Assembly: GCA_035193785.1 (NCBI GenBank) | Contig: CP136572.1 | Span: 32,001 to 96,000 of the forward strand | Source of the DNA: Planktothrix sp. GU0601_MAG3 | GTDB taxonomy: Bacteria; Cyanobacteriota; Cyanobacteriia; Cyanobacteriales; Microcoleaceae | DNA: 64,000 nt | Direction: 5' to 3' | Part shown: in pieces, positions 1-10,849 of the stretch | Layout: every line of letters starts with the position of its first letter | How positions within the stretch are numbered: the stretch's first letter is position 1 | The notes under the pieces: generated by a model | Database searches by the model: none | What the model saw: only the letters and a program-made list of their open reading frames with translations | What the model was told of the DNA's origin: nothing | Position numbers and translations under genes: made by a program

Positions 1-19
1 TTATCGTTTTTTTTGTAAA

Positions 20-394
20 TTAATCAACGGAAGTTAAAGCTGGAGTGGTTAAAGGTTCCTGTTTAACTGTACGCTTACTGGTAAAGTTTCTGGGTTGAGG
101 ATTTAGAGTCAAAGGTTTATCCTCATAGCTGATAGACTGTTGATCAATCTGGAGCCGATCACAAGGAATATTATCAGCAATAATGGCACTGGCCATACTT
201 CCGGTATGGATTTCCAAAGTCGCCTGTGGAATCGCTTCAAAAACTAAGCGTTGTCCTGGGAATACCACCCGCTCAAAGTACCAATTAGGAACATTGGTGA
301 TGCGAGCGATCTGAATATGGCTGGTAGCATTGACATAGCAGCACAAAATTCGACCAGAACTATTTGACGGTAGGGGATCAAGAATTTGAGCCAT
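20..394 (-). CDS. DUF1830 family cyanobacterial protein
   Basis: Motif ILCCYVNAT..IQIARITNVPNWYFERVVFPGQRLVFEA, typical of DUF1830. Confidence 0.8.
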   Translation of the reverse strand: MAQILDPLPSNSSGRILCCYVNATSHIQIARITNVPNWYFERVVFPGQRLVFEAIPQATLEIHTGSMASAIIADNIPCDRLQIDQQSISYEDKPLTLNPQPRNFTSKRTVKQEPLTTPALTSVD

Positions 395-770
395 ATCGGA
401 ATCTGGGGGGCTTTGAGCTAAAAGTTTTACTGATTACTTGCTACGTTAACATTTGTTGATCCCAGTTGGTTGTAACTCCGACTACCAATCCGTTATTGTA
501 CTCATCCAGTTTATCGAAAATTCTGAATCAATTTCCAGGTTTTAGCTAATTTTGGAGAAATTATTCCAAAAATTAGACCATAAACAGTTTCGGATTGAGA
601 TTTGGGGGAGAGGTCGCCCCTTGTCCCATCGGCTTATTGAAACTTAATAAATTTCTCAGAGTCACGACTCTAAAGGGCGGAAAATTCGTTATAGTGTTAA
701 GGAATATTAAACAAAGTCGATATAACTTCACCCATTTCAGTCCAATTCCCGCCCGACGCACAACAGTATC

Positions 771-2339
771 ATGGAAGATAAAATCCTTTACGTCCGCCTT
801 CCCTGTAACCCTATTTTCCCGATTGGGGTGGTTTACCTGTCCGACCACGTTCACAAGCTATTTCCCACCGTCCAACAGCGCATTTTTGACTTAGGTGCGG
901 TTCCTCCCCTGGACTACGCCGCCTCCTTGGATGCTTGTGTCGATGAGTTTCAACCCACACTATTAGTCTTTTCTTGGCGAGATATTCAAATTTATGCTCC
1001 CGTGGGGGGACGGGGAGGAAATCCCCTACAAAATGCCTTTGAATTTTATTATGCGAAAAACCCGTTCATTAAATTACGAGGAGCGTTAGGAGGATTACGG
1101 TTAGCCACATCCTACTATACGGAACTTTGGCAGAATTTAGGATTAATTAAACGGGGATTATCCCGGGCTCAACGTTATAATTCCCAAGCGCGGGTCGTGG
1201 TTGGGGGCGGGGCGGTGAGTGTTTTTTATGAACAGTTAGGAAAGAGTTTACCCCCGGGAAGTATTGTTTCAGTTGGGGAAGGAGAAAGTTTATTAGAAAG
1301 GCTGTTAAGAGGGCAGGATTTAGCCGATGAACGCTGTTATATTGTCGGCGAAACAACACCTCGCGATCGCTTAATCCATGAACAACCCATGAATTTTGAA
1401 AAAACCGCCTGTGATTACAATTATATTGAAACCATTTGGCCGGAATTTCAATATTATTTTCAAGATCAAGACTTTTATATTGGGGTACAAACAAAACGGG
1501 GTTGTCCCCATAATTGTTGTTATTGTATCTACACCGTTATTGAAGGCAAACAAGTTAGAATTAATCCCGCCGATGAAGTGGTGGCGGAAATGCAGCAACT
1601 GTATCAACGGGGAATTAGAAACTTTTGGTTTACCGATGCTCAATTTATTCCCGCCCGTAAGTTTATTGATGATGCGGTGGAATTATTACAGAAAATCCTT
1701 GATTCTGGGATGACGGATATTCACTGGGCGGCCTATATTCGGGCAGATAATTTAACCCCAGAATTGTGTGATTTAATGGCTAAAACCGGGATGAATTATT
1801 TTGAAATTGGGATTACCAGTGGTTCGCAGGAATTAGTGAGAAAAATGCGAATGGGGTATAATTTGCGGGTGGTTTTAGAAAACTGTCGGGATTTAAAAGC
1901 TGCCGGATTTAATGATTTAGTTTCGGTGAATTATTCCTTCAATGTGATTGATGAAACCTTTGAAACCATTCGTCAAACTATTGCTTACCATCGGGAATTA
2001 GAGGCTATTTTTGGGGCGGATAAAGTCGAACCTGCGATTTTCTTTATTGGGTTGCAACCCCATACCCACTTAGAGAAATATGCCTTCGATAAAAAGATGT
2101 TAAAACCCGGGTATGATCCCATGAGTTTAATGCCTTGGACAGCCAGAAAGTTACTCTGGAATCCCGAACCTTTAGGATCATTTTTTGGAGAAATCTGTTT
2201 AGAAGCCTGGAAGCGCAACCCCAATGATTTCGGGCGGACGGTGATGGATATTTTAGAAGAAAAGTTAGGACGGGCACCTTTACAAGAAGCCTTAAGTGCG
2301 CCCTTGGGTCAGGGAAAAGAGTTAGCGAGTATTCGTTAA
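771..2339 (+). CDS. B12-binding-like radical SAM protein (photosystem II high-light acclimation, Slr0320-like)
   Basis: 522 aa intact ORF; RGCPHNCCYC CxxxCxxC motif; N-terminal cobalamin-binding-like region. Confidence 0.85.
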   Translation: MEDKILYVRLPCNPIFPIGVVYLSDHVHKLFPTVQQRIFDLGAVPPLDYAASLDACVDEFQPTLLVFSWRDIQIYAPVGGRGGNPLQNAFEFYYAKNPFIKLRGALGGLRLATSYYTELWQNLGLIKRGLSRAQRYNSQARVVVGGGAVSVFYEQLGKSLPPGSIVSVGEGESLLERLLRGQDLADERCYIVGETTPRDRLIHEQPMNFEKTACDYNYIETIWPEFQYYFQDQDFYIGVQTKRGCPHNCCYCIYTVIEGKQVRINPADEVVAEMQQLYQRGIRNFWFTDAQFIPARKFIDDAVELLQKILDSGMTDIHWAAYIRADNLTPELCDLMAKTGMNYFEIGITSGSQELVRKMRMGYNLRVVLENCRDLKAAGFNDLVSVNYSFNVIDETFETIRQTIAYHRELEAIFGADKVEPAIFFIGLQPHTHLEKYAFDKKMLKPGYDPMSLMPWTARKLLWNPEPLGSFFGEICLEAWKRNPNDFGRTVMDILEEKLGRAPLQEALSAPLGQGKELASIR

Positions 2340-2350
2340 TTTGAAGTTAG

Positions 2351-2497
2351 ATTGTGGGGTTTCCGAAAGGATATGATCAAGATACGGGAGAAGATGCCCT
2401 AATTCTATGGGGCGGGGATCTCCATCACCCCCATTTTCCCCAAACTCCGCATCACTGGTATCAAAAGATTTGTTTAAAGTTGACCGTTGACTATTGA
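2351..2497 (+). pseudogene. rimI: 3' remnant of rimI (ribosomal protein N-acetyltransferase)
   Basis: No start codon; translates IVGFPKGYDQDTGEDALILWGGDLHHPHFPQTPHHWYQKICLKLTVDY*, a degenerate version of the RimI C-terminus (GxRxxYY.DTGEDALILW); lies directly upstream of clpC, a common cyanobacterial synteny. Confidence 0.65.
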
Positions 2498-3037
2498 CTA
2501 TTCGTGGGTGAGGACGCTGACCATAGCCTCCCTGCGATTCTAAAATCATTGTGCTAGAATCCATCATTAAATCAATAAAAATCGAAAGTAATCCTTAGCC
2601 ACAACACAGTTGAGGCTATTAGAGAGACAACCTCTATACAGAATCAAAATTCAATTTAGGGTAAGCTGTCCCTATTGAAATATTGATCCCTGTTCCGATC
2701 TTGTCTATTCAAGAGGAGGAAGATAGATTTAGACTCACCCTTGAGTCAGTTTCGGTATCTAACCTTAATTAGAAAAAACGCCCAGACCCGAGGAGATATC
2801 TTGCACCATCAATTTTAAAAAACTCTCTAGGGTAAGTTGTAGGTCAACGCCAATTGGGGAAACAATTCCGATTGCAAGCAAGACCCGACAACGCCTACTT
2901 AGAACCGGATTCAGCGAGAAATTAAAGTGGCGAAATGAACCCTTTCATTTTTGAGTCAACTTTTTAATTTTTCCGAAGTTAGAAGTCTCACGCTAAAATT
3001 AGCGTAACGGGTAAGCAGCAGGTGATGGGAATTAGCC

Positions 3038-5517
3038 ATGTTTGAACGCTTCACAGAAAAAGCCATTAAAGTCATCATGTTAGCCCAGGAGGAAGCACGC
3101 CGCCTGGGGCATAACTTCGTGGGCACTGAACAGATCCTCTTGGGTCTGATCGGGGAAGGGACAGGCGTTGCAGCCAAAGTCCTGAAATCAATGGGAGTCA
3201 ATCTCAAAGATGCCAGGATCGAGGTAGAAAAGATTATTGGTCGGGGTTCGGGGTTTGTCGCCGTCGAGATTCCTTTTACCCCTCGGGCCAAAAGAGTCCT
3301 AGAACTGTCCCTGGAAGAAGCTCGCCAACTGGGGCATAACTATATTGGCACGGAACACCTGCTTCTCGGTCTGATCCGGGAAGGGGAAGGCGTCGCCGCC
3401 AGGGTCTTAGAAAACCTGGGAGTTGACCTCTCGAAAGTTCGGACTCAAGTAATTCGGATGTTGGGTGAAACGGCGGAAGTAGCCGCTGGAGGCAGTAATA
3501 GCCGCACCAAGACCCCAACCTTAGATGAGTTTGGATCAAATCTAACCCAAATGGCCGCCGAAGGCAAACTTGACCCGGTGGTCGGTCGTCAGAAAGAAAT
3601 TGAACGGGTGATCCAAATTCTGGGTCGTCGTACCAAAAATAACCCGGTGTTAATTGGGGAACCGGGGGTGGGTAAAACCGCGATCGCCGAGGGCTTGGCC
3701 CAACGCATTGCGACAAACGATATTCCCGATATTTTAGAAGATAAACGGGTGGTCACCTTAGATATTGGGTTGCTAGTCGCCGGAACCAAATATCGCGGGG
3801 AATTTGAAGAGCGGTTGAAAAAAATCATGGATGAGATCCGCTCGGCGGGTAACGTTATCCTGGTGATTGATGAAGTCCACACCCTGATCGGGGCGGGGGC
3901 GGCGGAAGGAGCGATCGATGCTGCGAATATCCTCAAACCCGCTTTAGCCAGGGGTGAGTTGCAGTGCATCGGGGCAACTACCTTAGATGAATACCGCAAA
4001 CACATTGAACGGGATGCCGCCTTGGAACGTCGGTTTCCAACCGGTGATGGTGGGTGAACCTTCGGTTTCCGAAACCATTGAAATTCTGTTTGGGTTGCGC
4101 GAGCGCTATGAGCAACACCATAAACTGAAAATTTCCGATGAGGCCCTCGAAGCAGCGGCTAAACTCTCGGATCGGTATATTAGCGATCGCTATTTACCCG
4201 ATAAGGCCATTGACTTAATGGATGAAGCGGGTTCCCGGGTGCGTTTAATCAATTCCCAACTGCCCCCGGCGGCCAAGGAATTGGATAAGGAACTGCGCCA
4301 AGTTCTGAAGGAAAAAGACGAGGCGGTGCGTTCCCAAGACTTTGATCGGGCGGGAGAATTGCGCGATCGGGAAATGGAAATTAAGGGTCAAATTCGTACC
4401 ATTAGTCAAACCAAAAAAGCCGAAACCACCCGCGGCGAAGACGATAGCCCCGTGGTCACGGAAGAGGACATCGCCCAAATTGTCGCCAGTTGGACAGGGG
4501 TTCCGGTGAACAAACTCACCGAGTCCGAGTCCGAGAAACTGCTGAATATGGAAGGAAACCCTGCACCAACGGTTAATTGGTCAGGATGAAGCCGTTAAAG
4601 CCGTGTCCCGCGCCATTCGTCGTGCCCGGGTGGGTCTGAAGAACCCCAACCGACCGATCGCCAGTTTTATCTTCTCTGGGCCAACCGGGGTGGGTAAAAC
4701 CGAATTAACCAAAGCCTTAGCGTCCTATTTCTTCGGGTCAGAAGAAGCGATGATCCGCTTGGATATGTCCGAATATATGGAACGCCACACGGTTTCTAAG
4801 TTAATTGGGTCGCCTCCCGGCTATGTGGGCTACAACGAAGGCGGACAACTTACCGAAGCGGTGCGTCGGCGTCCCTATACGGTGGTGCTATTCGATGAAA
4901 TCGAAAAAGCCCACCCCGACGTCTTCAATATGTTGCTGCAAATCTTAGAAGATGGTCGTTTGACCGATGCTAAAGGTCGGACGGTGGACTTCAAGAATAC
5001 CTTGATCATTATGACCTCTAATATTGGGTCGAAGGTGATCGAAAAAGGTGGCGGTGGTTTAGGGTTCGAGTTCTCGGAAAACGAAAACGATGCCCAATAC
5101 AACCGTATTCGCAACTTGGTTAATGAAGAACTCAAACAATATTTCCGTCCTGAATTCCTCAACCGTTTGGATGAAATTATTGTCTTCCGTCAGTTGAATA
5201 AGGAAGAAGTCAAGGAAATTGCCGTGATCATGTTAAAAGAAGTCTTCGGACGCTTGATCGAAAAAGGCATTACCTTGGAAGTGACGGAGAAGTTCAAAGA
5301 AAGGTTAGTGGAAGAAGGCTACAACCCCAGCTACGGGGCGCGTCCTCTGCGTCGGGCAATTATGCGGTTACTCGAAGATAGTTTAGCAGAAGAAATTCTG
5401 TCTGGACGGATCAAGGAAGGGGATACTGCTGTTGTTGATGTGGATGAAAATGCTCAAGTGGTGGTGTCCCAAAGTACCACCAGCCGGGAATTGTTACCCC
5501 AAGGCGCTGAGTCTTAA
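3038..5517 (+). CDS. clpC: ATP-dependent Clp protease ATPase subunit ClpC (two apparent +1 errors at 4033-4037 and 4555-4559)
   Basis: [23 protein letters not shown]-terminus; two Walker A motifs ([16 protein letters not shown]); three ORF pieces join after removing one base at each GTTTC/GAAAC. Confidence 0.97.
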
Positions 5518-5541
5518 TTGACTTTAATTATATCTTTTCTT

Positions 5542-5575
5542 AAACCCCTCGCCTAACTATCGAGGGGCTTTTTTG
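5542..5575 (+). terminator. Intrinsic terminator after clpC
   Basis: aaacccctcg-cctaactat-cgaggggc followed by a T-run. Confidence 0.75.
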
Positions 5576-5634
5576 TTGTTGGGCTTTAGCCCAATTTTCT
5601 ATGTTAGGAAGTTCTTAATTGCTTCTTTCTTCTG

Positions 5635-6078
5635 CTATAAAATCGTTAAATAAGTTTCTGTCGGACTGATAGGTAACGCCTTCAAGGTTTGATTTTTTAA
5701 GTCGATTTCTAACCCCAAAGCTTCTAAAGGTATGACTCCTAAAAGAGCATCTTTACCTCCTGGTAATTCTAAGCACTCGAAGGTTCCTTCCCGATCAAAC
5801 ATTGATATAGTAGCATCTCGGAAAATGCGGGCTTTACCAATACCCATGGCGGTGGCTACGTCCACTTCTTTTAGGAGTTTTAGCCCCAGTTTGGCGATCG
5901 CATCTTGTGGTAAACATAGGGTAGTTGCACCCGTGTCTACTAATACATTTTTGAGGGTGATTGAGCGAATTTGCTCTAGTAATATTGTCCCATCTTCTGC
6001 TCGAATTTGGTCGGCGCGGTTAGTGATTGTTATAGTGGTGAAAACTTTTCCCATTGCATTGTTGCTTTGAATTGGCAT
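5635..6078 (-). CDS. Clan AA (retropepsin-like) aspartic protease
   Basis: LVDTGATTLCLP catalytic motif and C-terminal ALLGVIPLEALGL. Confidence 0.85.
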   Translation of the reverse strand: MPIQSNNAMGKVFTTITITNRADQIRAEDGTILLEQIRSITLKNVLVDTGATTLCLPQDAIAKLGLKLLKEVDVATAMGIGKARIFRDATISMFDREGTFECLELPGGKDALLGVIPLEALGLEIDLKNQTLKALPISPTETYLTIL

Positions 6079-6212
6079 ATTTGTCTCCTACTTAAGAGTT
6101 GGAGTTATGGCGTCTTTTAATTGTAACTTCTTTTGACGGTGATCGCGTGGGATCAAGAAACCCGGTTTCTAGGGTTTAAAATAGGAATTGTATTGTAGTT
6201 GGTATTAAAACA

Positions 6213-9100
6213 GTGTTGGAATATCCCCTATTGCTTTTAGTTGATGGTCATTCGTTGGCGTTTCGTTTCCTATTATGCCTTTGGCAAAAGTCGCCAAGGG
6301 GGGTTACGCACATCGACGGGTATTCCTACCAGTGTTTGTTTTGGATTTTTTAAGTCCTTATTGGATGTGATGGCGAGTCATAAACCTGATTATTTAGCGA
6401 TCGCATTTGACTTAAAACAGCCCACTTTTCGCCATGAGGCTGATGAAAATTACAAAGCAGATCGGACGGAAACCCCTCAAGATTTTATTGAAGATGTAGA
6501 GAATTTAAAACTATTATTACAAGCCTTTGATCTAACAATTATTACCGCCCCAGGTTACGAAGCTGATGATATTTTAGGAACGTTATCTTATAGAGGAAGT
6601 CGGGAAAACTATCGAGTTAAAATCCTATCGGGAGATCAGGATTTATTTCAGTTAATTGATATTGAAAAAAATATTAGTATTTTACATTTAGAACCGGGTA
6701 AAGGTAGCAACCCCACGGAATTTTTAGCTGAACAGGTATATCAGAAGTTGCAAATTTATCCCCATCAAGTAATTGATTATAAGGCATTATGTGGGGATAA
6801 ATCCGATAATATTCCGGGGGTAAAAGGCATTGGGAAAACTACGGCGGTTAAGTTATTAGGGGAATATGGGTCTTTAGAAAATATCTATGCCCATATTGAA
6901 GATATTAAAGGGGCGACTCGCAAGAAATTGGAGGAAGGAAAACCGGATGCGGATCATTCTCAAACCTTGGCGCGAATTATTCAAGATGTCCCCTTAGAAG
7001 TGGGTTTAGAAGATTTCAAATTACAAGGGTTTGATCAAGCTAAAATTCAACCGATTTTAGAACATTTACAATTGCAAACCTTTTTAGATAAAGTTAATCA
7101 AATTCAAAAACAATTTAAAGGAAATATTCAACCAAAAACCCCAGAAAATTTAGTTGATACGGAGGAAGATACCAGTTTTTTTACTAGGGAAGAAACGGAA
7201 GTTTATCAACAACAAAAAATAGCAAATAATCCCGCATCTAAACTGCAATTGCGTTTAATTCAAACCCCGGAAGCCCTAAAACAATTAGTTGCTATTTTAC
7301 AAAATCATACTAATACTAATTATCCCGTGGCTTGGGATACGGAAACCACCTCTTTAGAACCGAGAGAAGCGGAATTAGTGGGAATAGGTTGTTGTTGGGG
7401 AACAGCACCAACCGAGGTGGCTTATATTCCTTTAAATCATACTCAAGGAACCAATTTAGATAAAGCGGAAACCTTAAATATTTTACGTCCAATTTTAGAA
7501 AGCGATCGCTATCCAAAAACCTTTCAAAATGCCAAATATGATCGATTAATTTTTAGAATTCATGGAATAGAATTAAAAGGGGTTGTCTTTGATCCGATGT
7601 TAGCAAACTATGTGTTAGATCCTGAAGATAATCATAATTTAATTGATTTAACTCGTAAATATTTAGGTTCAGAATTAACAGCCCCGAGTTACAATGAATT
7701 AGTACCAAAAGGAAAAACTATCGCCGATATTAATATTGCTCAAGTCGCCGAATATTGCGGAATGCAGGTCTATGTCACCTTTCAATTAGTCGATAAAATT
7801 AAAGCAGAATTTACAGATAAACCCCAATTACTGAAACTTTTAATAGAAGTTGAACAGCCCTTAGAACCGGTTTTAGCCGATATGGAATATGGGGGTGTAC
7901 ATTTGGATATTGACTATTTAGAGACCTTAGCCGAACAATTAGATCAACAGTTAGAAATTACCGAAACTCAAGCTTATGAAGCGGCGGGAGAAAAATTTAA
8001 TTTAGCTTCTCCCAAACAACTGAGTAAACTCTTATTTGAAACTTTAGAATTAAGCACCAAAAAAACCCGACAAATCAAAACCGGATATTCAACGGATGTG
8101 AATGTTTTAGAAAAATTACAAGGAGATCATCCGATTATTGATATCATATTAGAACATCGCACCTTAGCCAAACTCAAGTCAACTTATGTCGATGCTTTAC
8201 CCACATTAGTAGATGCAAACCAACGTATTCATACCAGTTTTAACCAAACTATTACCGCCACAGGACGGTTATCTTCTTCTAATCCTAATTTACAAAATAT
8301 TCCGATTAAAACCGAATTTTCTAGTAAAATCAGAAAAGCCTTTATTACTGAAACCCAACTGGCTATTAGTTTCAGCCGACTATTCCCAAATTGAACTGAG
8401 AATTTTAGCTCATTTAAGTCAAGAACCGATCTTATTAGAAGCCTATAAAAATAATCAGGATGTCCATACTGTTACCGCTAAGTTATTATTTGAAAAAGAA
8501 ACCGTAACTTCAGAGGAAAGACGGTTAGGAAAAACGATTAATTTTGGCGTAATTTATGGAATGGGGGCGCAAAGGTTCGCCCGGGAAGCCAAAGTTAGTA
8601 GTGCAGAAGGTAAGATATTTATTGAACGATTTAACCAACGATATTCTCAAGTTTTTGCCTATTTAGAAAGGGTAAAAAAACAAGCTATTGCTCAAGGATA
8701 TGTCGAAACAATATTGGGACGAAGACGCTATTTTGATTTCCAAGGAGATAGTCTACAAACCTTAAAAGGAGTTGATATCAACGAAATTGATTTAACCCAA
8801 TTGAAGAAAAAAATGGGTCAAAATGATTCCCAACTATTGAGAGCCGCTGCTAACGCCCCCATTCAGGGTTCTAGTGCTGATATTATTAAAATGGCGATGG
8901 TACAAGTACATCAACTTTTAAGCCAATATCAATCCCAATTAGTGTTACAAGTCCATGATGAATTAGTCTTTGAAATTCCCGAAACAGAATGGGAAGAACT
9001 TCAACCCAAAATCAAGAATATCATGGAACAAGTGCTTCCTTTAAGTGTTCCGCTAGTTGTAGATATTCATGCTGGACAAAATTGGAAGGAAGCCAAATAA
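6213..9100 (+). CDS. polA: DNA polymerase I (apparent +1 errors at 6265-6269 and 8350-8354)
   Basis: Corrected start GTG 6213 gives LLLVDGHSLAFRSYYA; EADD 5'-exonuclease motif, DTETT, ADYSQIELRILAH, LQVHDELVFE. Confidence 0.97.
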
Positions 9101-9202
9101 AGTAAATACAGGAATGACCCATTACCTCTAAAACAATCCTAAATGATTAGCGACAAAACCCCTACAATCAAATATTATAACCTGTTAAAAACTGCTATAT
9201 CC

Positions 9203-9230
9203 GTAGGAGTAATTCATTAATTACCCCTAC
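9203..9230. repeat. GTAG-type REP-like palindrome
   Basis: gtaggagtaatt-catt-aattacccctac imperfect inverted repeat between convergent genes. Confidence 0.6.
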
Positions 9231-9313
9231 AGATGGGATTATATCCCGAAATTTACGGAATGCCGACTACCCGGGAAATTAACTTTCTTTTAAAGTTTTT
9301 AAGATTATCAATC

Positions 9314-10135
9314 CTAGATAGACTTCAACTGTTTATGTTTGCGTTTGAGTGCGAAAACTGCACCGGACGCACCAAAAGCCAGAAGACTTAAATTGAAAGT
9401 TGGTTCAGGAACAGCCGTGGTAGTATCCTTTTTAAAAGCAAGGGAACTTAAATTGGAAGTTGGTTCAGAAACAGCCCGGACAGTATCTTTTACTGTAACC
9501 GAGAAATCGAGACTCGGCAACGCACCGCCAAACTCAAGGGTATGTTTTCCCGAACCCAAAGGCGCAAGCATCAGATAATATCCATCACCGTAAGCATCGC
9601 CCGAAAATCCCGGTGTTACTCTAAATGGGTTGTTCTCAGCAGCGAAGAAGTTGAATAATGGAGATTGTTCGCGGTGGGCAAAAAGATTAGGTATAGTTTC
9701 CCCGTTGATTTTTGCTACTAAATTATCAACTCCATTGATCAGATCAATGATGCTATTTTGCAGTTTTTTTCCTTTCAAACCAGTTTCTAAATATGAATTT
9801 TCAGCGTTCAACATCGGTAATAAAAGGTATTTATCCCCTGGGACAGTAAATGACCGTTTGGCATTACCTCCAGCAGTCCCGGCGATAAAAAACACTGGCC
9901 CAGACTGGTTTATGCCAGCATCCTCACCCTTCTGGTCTGTAAAAGCGTCCGTTGGCATAGACTGATTGAATGCCCATTTCCACCAGTCGGTAGTCCATTC
10001 GGCAATTGTCTTACCTTCGACTTCAGAACCTGGTGCGAGGACTTCTACTGCATTTGCAGGTATTGTCGCCGCCAAAAGTGATAATGCAGAAACTAGCGAT
10101 AGAGAAACTGATCTAAAGCGACAGATATTATTCAT
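9314..10135 (-). CDS. PEP-CTERM sorting-domain exported protein
   Basis: N-terminal signal peptide; C-terminal VPEP, transmembrane segment and basic tail KRKHK. Confidence 0.85.
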   Translation of the reverse strand: MNNICRFRSVSLSLVSALSLLAATIPANAVEVLAPGSEVEGKTIAEWTTDWWKWAFNQSMPTDAFTDQKGEDAGINQSGPVFFIAGTAGGNAKRSFTVPGDKYLLLPMLNAENSYLETGLKGKKLQNSIIDLINGVDNLVAKINGETIPNLFAHREQSPLFNFFAAENNPFRVTPGFSGDAYGDGYYLMLAPLGSGKHTLEFGGALPSLDFSVTVKDTVRAVSEPTSNLSSLAFKKDTTTAVPEPTFNLSLLAFGASGAVFALKRKHKQLKSI

Positions 10136-10310
10136 TGGAAAAATAGGTATAAACCCCGCCCTTTTGGGACGGCTTTACATTTCCCCTTTCGGGAAGGAGG
10201 ATATGGTGGCCACCCTGACTCCTGCTCAAAGAATGACAACCAAATTTGAAGATTTTTTGAAGTGACCAGCTTTCATTCATTCCACCATCTGGAAAAGTGT
10301 CAGCGTTTAT
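10132..10310 (-). mobile_element. Remnant right end of an IS200/IS605-type element (degenerate tnpB-like 3' end plus subterminal hairpin)
   Basis: Imperfect palindrome aaaccccgccc-tttt-gggacggcttt (10151-10176); second hairpin ttccc-ctttc-gggaa; minus-frame peptide KR*HFSRWWNE*KLVTSKNLQIWLSFFEQESGW...KAVPKGRGLYLFFQ* with internal stops. Family call is from recall of cyanobacterial IS605 ends. Confidence 0.5.
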
Positions 10311-10316
10311 TTCAAA

Positions 10317-10329
10317 CAGGACTTACGCA
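10317..10329. mobile_element. Solitary IS terminal inverted repeat CAGGACTTACGCA
   Basis: Identical 13-mer also at 60758-60770; resembles ends of cyanobacterial IS4-family elements; no transposase nearby. Confidence 0.45.
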
Positions 10330-10352
10330 CTCAACCAGGAACTTTTAAAACA

Positions 10353-10754
10353 ATGAAAAAATCAGCTAAAAAATCTTGGAAAGTTGCCTTTCTTCTCTAT
10401 TTTCTGTTATTATTTTTAATTGTAATTACAGCCAATGGGGGAAATTTACCATACAATTTATTAGGAAAAGTTCCCTATTATGACATCTATGGACATTTTA
10501 TTTTATATGGAATAGCCTCTTTTTTAATCCATTTAGCCTTGGCAGGAAAAAAGATTATAATTGCTCAGATTTTAATTCCCCTAGGGCCGTTTTTATTTAC
10601 CCTTGTAACCATTGCTGAAGAAATTTCACAAATTCATTTCCCCCATCGTACCTTCAGTATCATTGATTTGAATGCAAGTTTAATTGGGATTATTCTATTT
10701 TATTATTTGGCAGAATTATGGATTTTTTATCATAAAAAAAGACTAAGGGAATAA
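10353..10754 (+). CDS. VanZ-like membrane protein
   Basis: D..GHFILYG and EEISQ..FP.RTFS..DL motifs; hydrophobic. Confidence 0.8.
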   Translation: MKKSAKKSWKVAFLLYFLLLFLIVITANGGNLPYNLLGKVPYYDIYGHFILYGIASFLIHLALAGKKIIIAQILIPLGPFLFTLVTIAEEISQIHFPHRTFSIIDLNASLIGIILFYYLAELWIFYHKKRLRE

Positions 10755-10849
10755 AATTACCCTTGCTTATTTAACTCAATTGTGAGAAAATTTAAAACAT
10801 CCCAAACGGGGAATTTAGTTTTATTAAAATAGCATTATCCCTTAACCCC

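Noticed and set aside
573..2567. Short ORFs overlapping or antisense to the radical SAM gene (and similar shadows throughout)
   Set aside because: They overlap well-supported genes and show no protein motifs.
5635..6078. Retropepsin-like protease as a retroelement
   Set aside because: Stand-alone clan AA proteases are common in cyanobacteria; no reverse transcriptase or integrase is adjacent.
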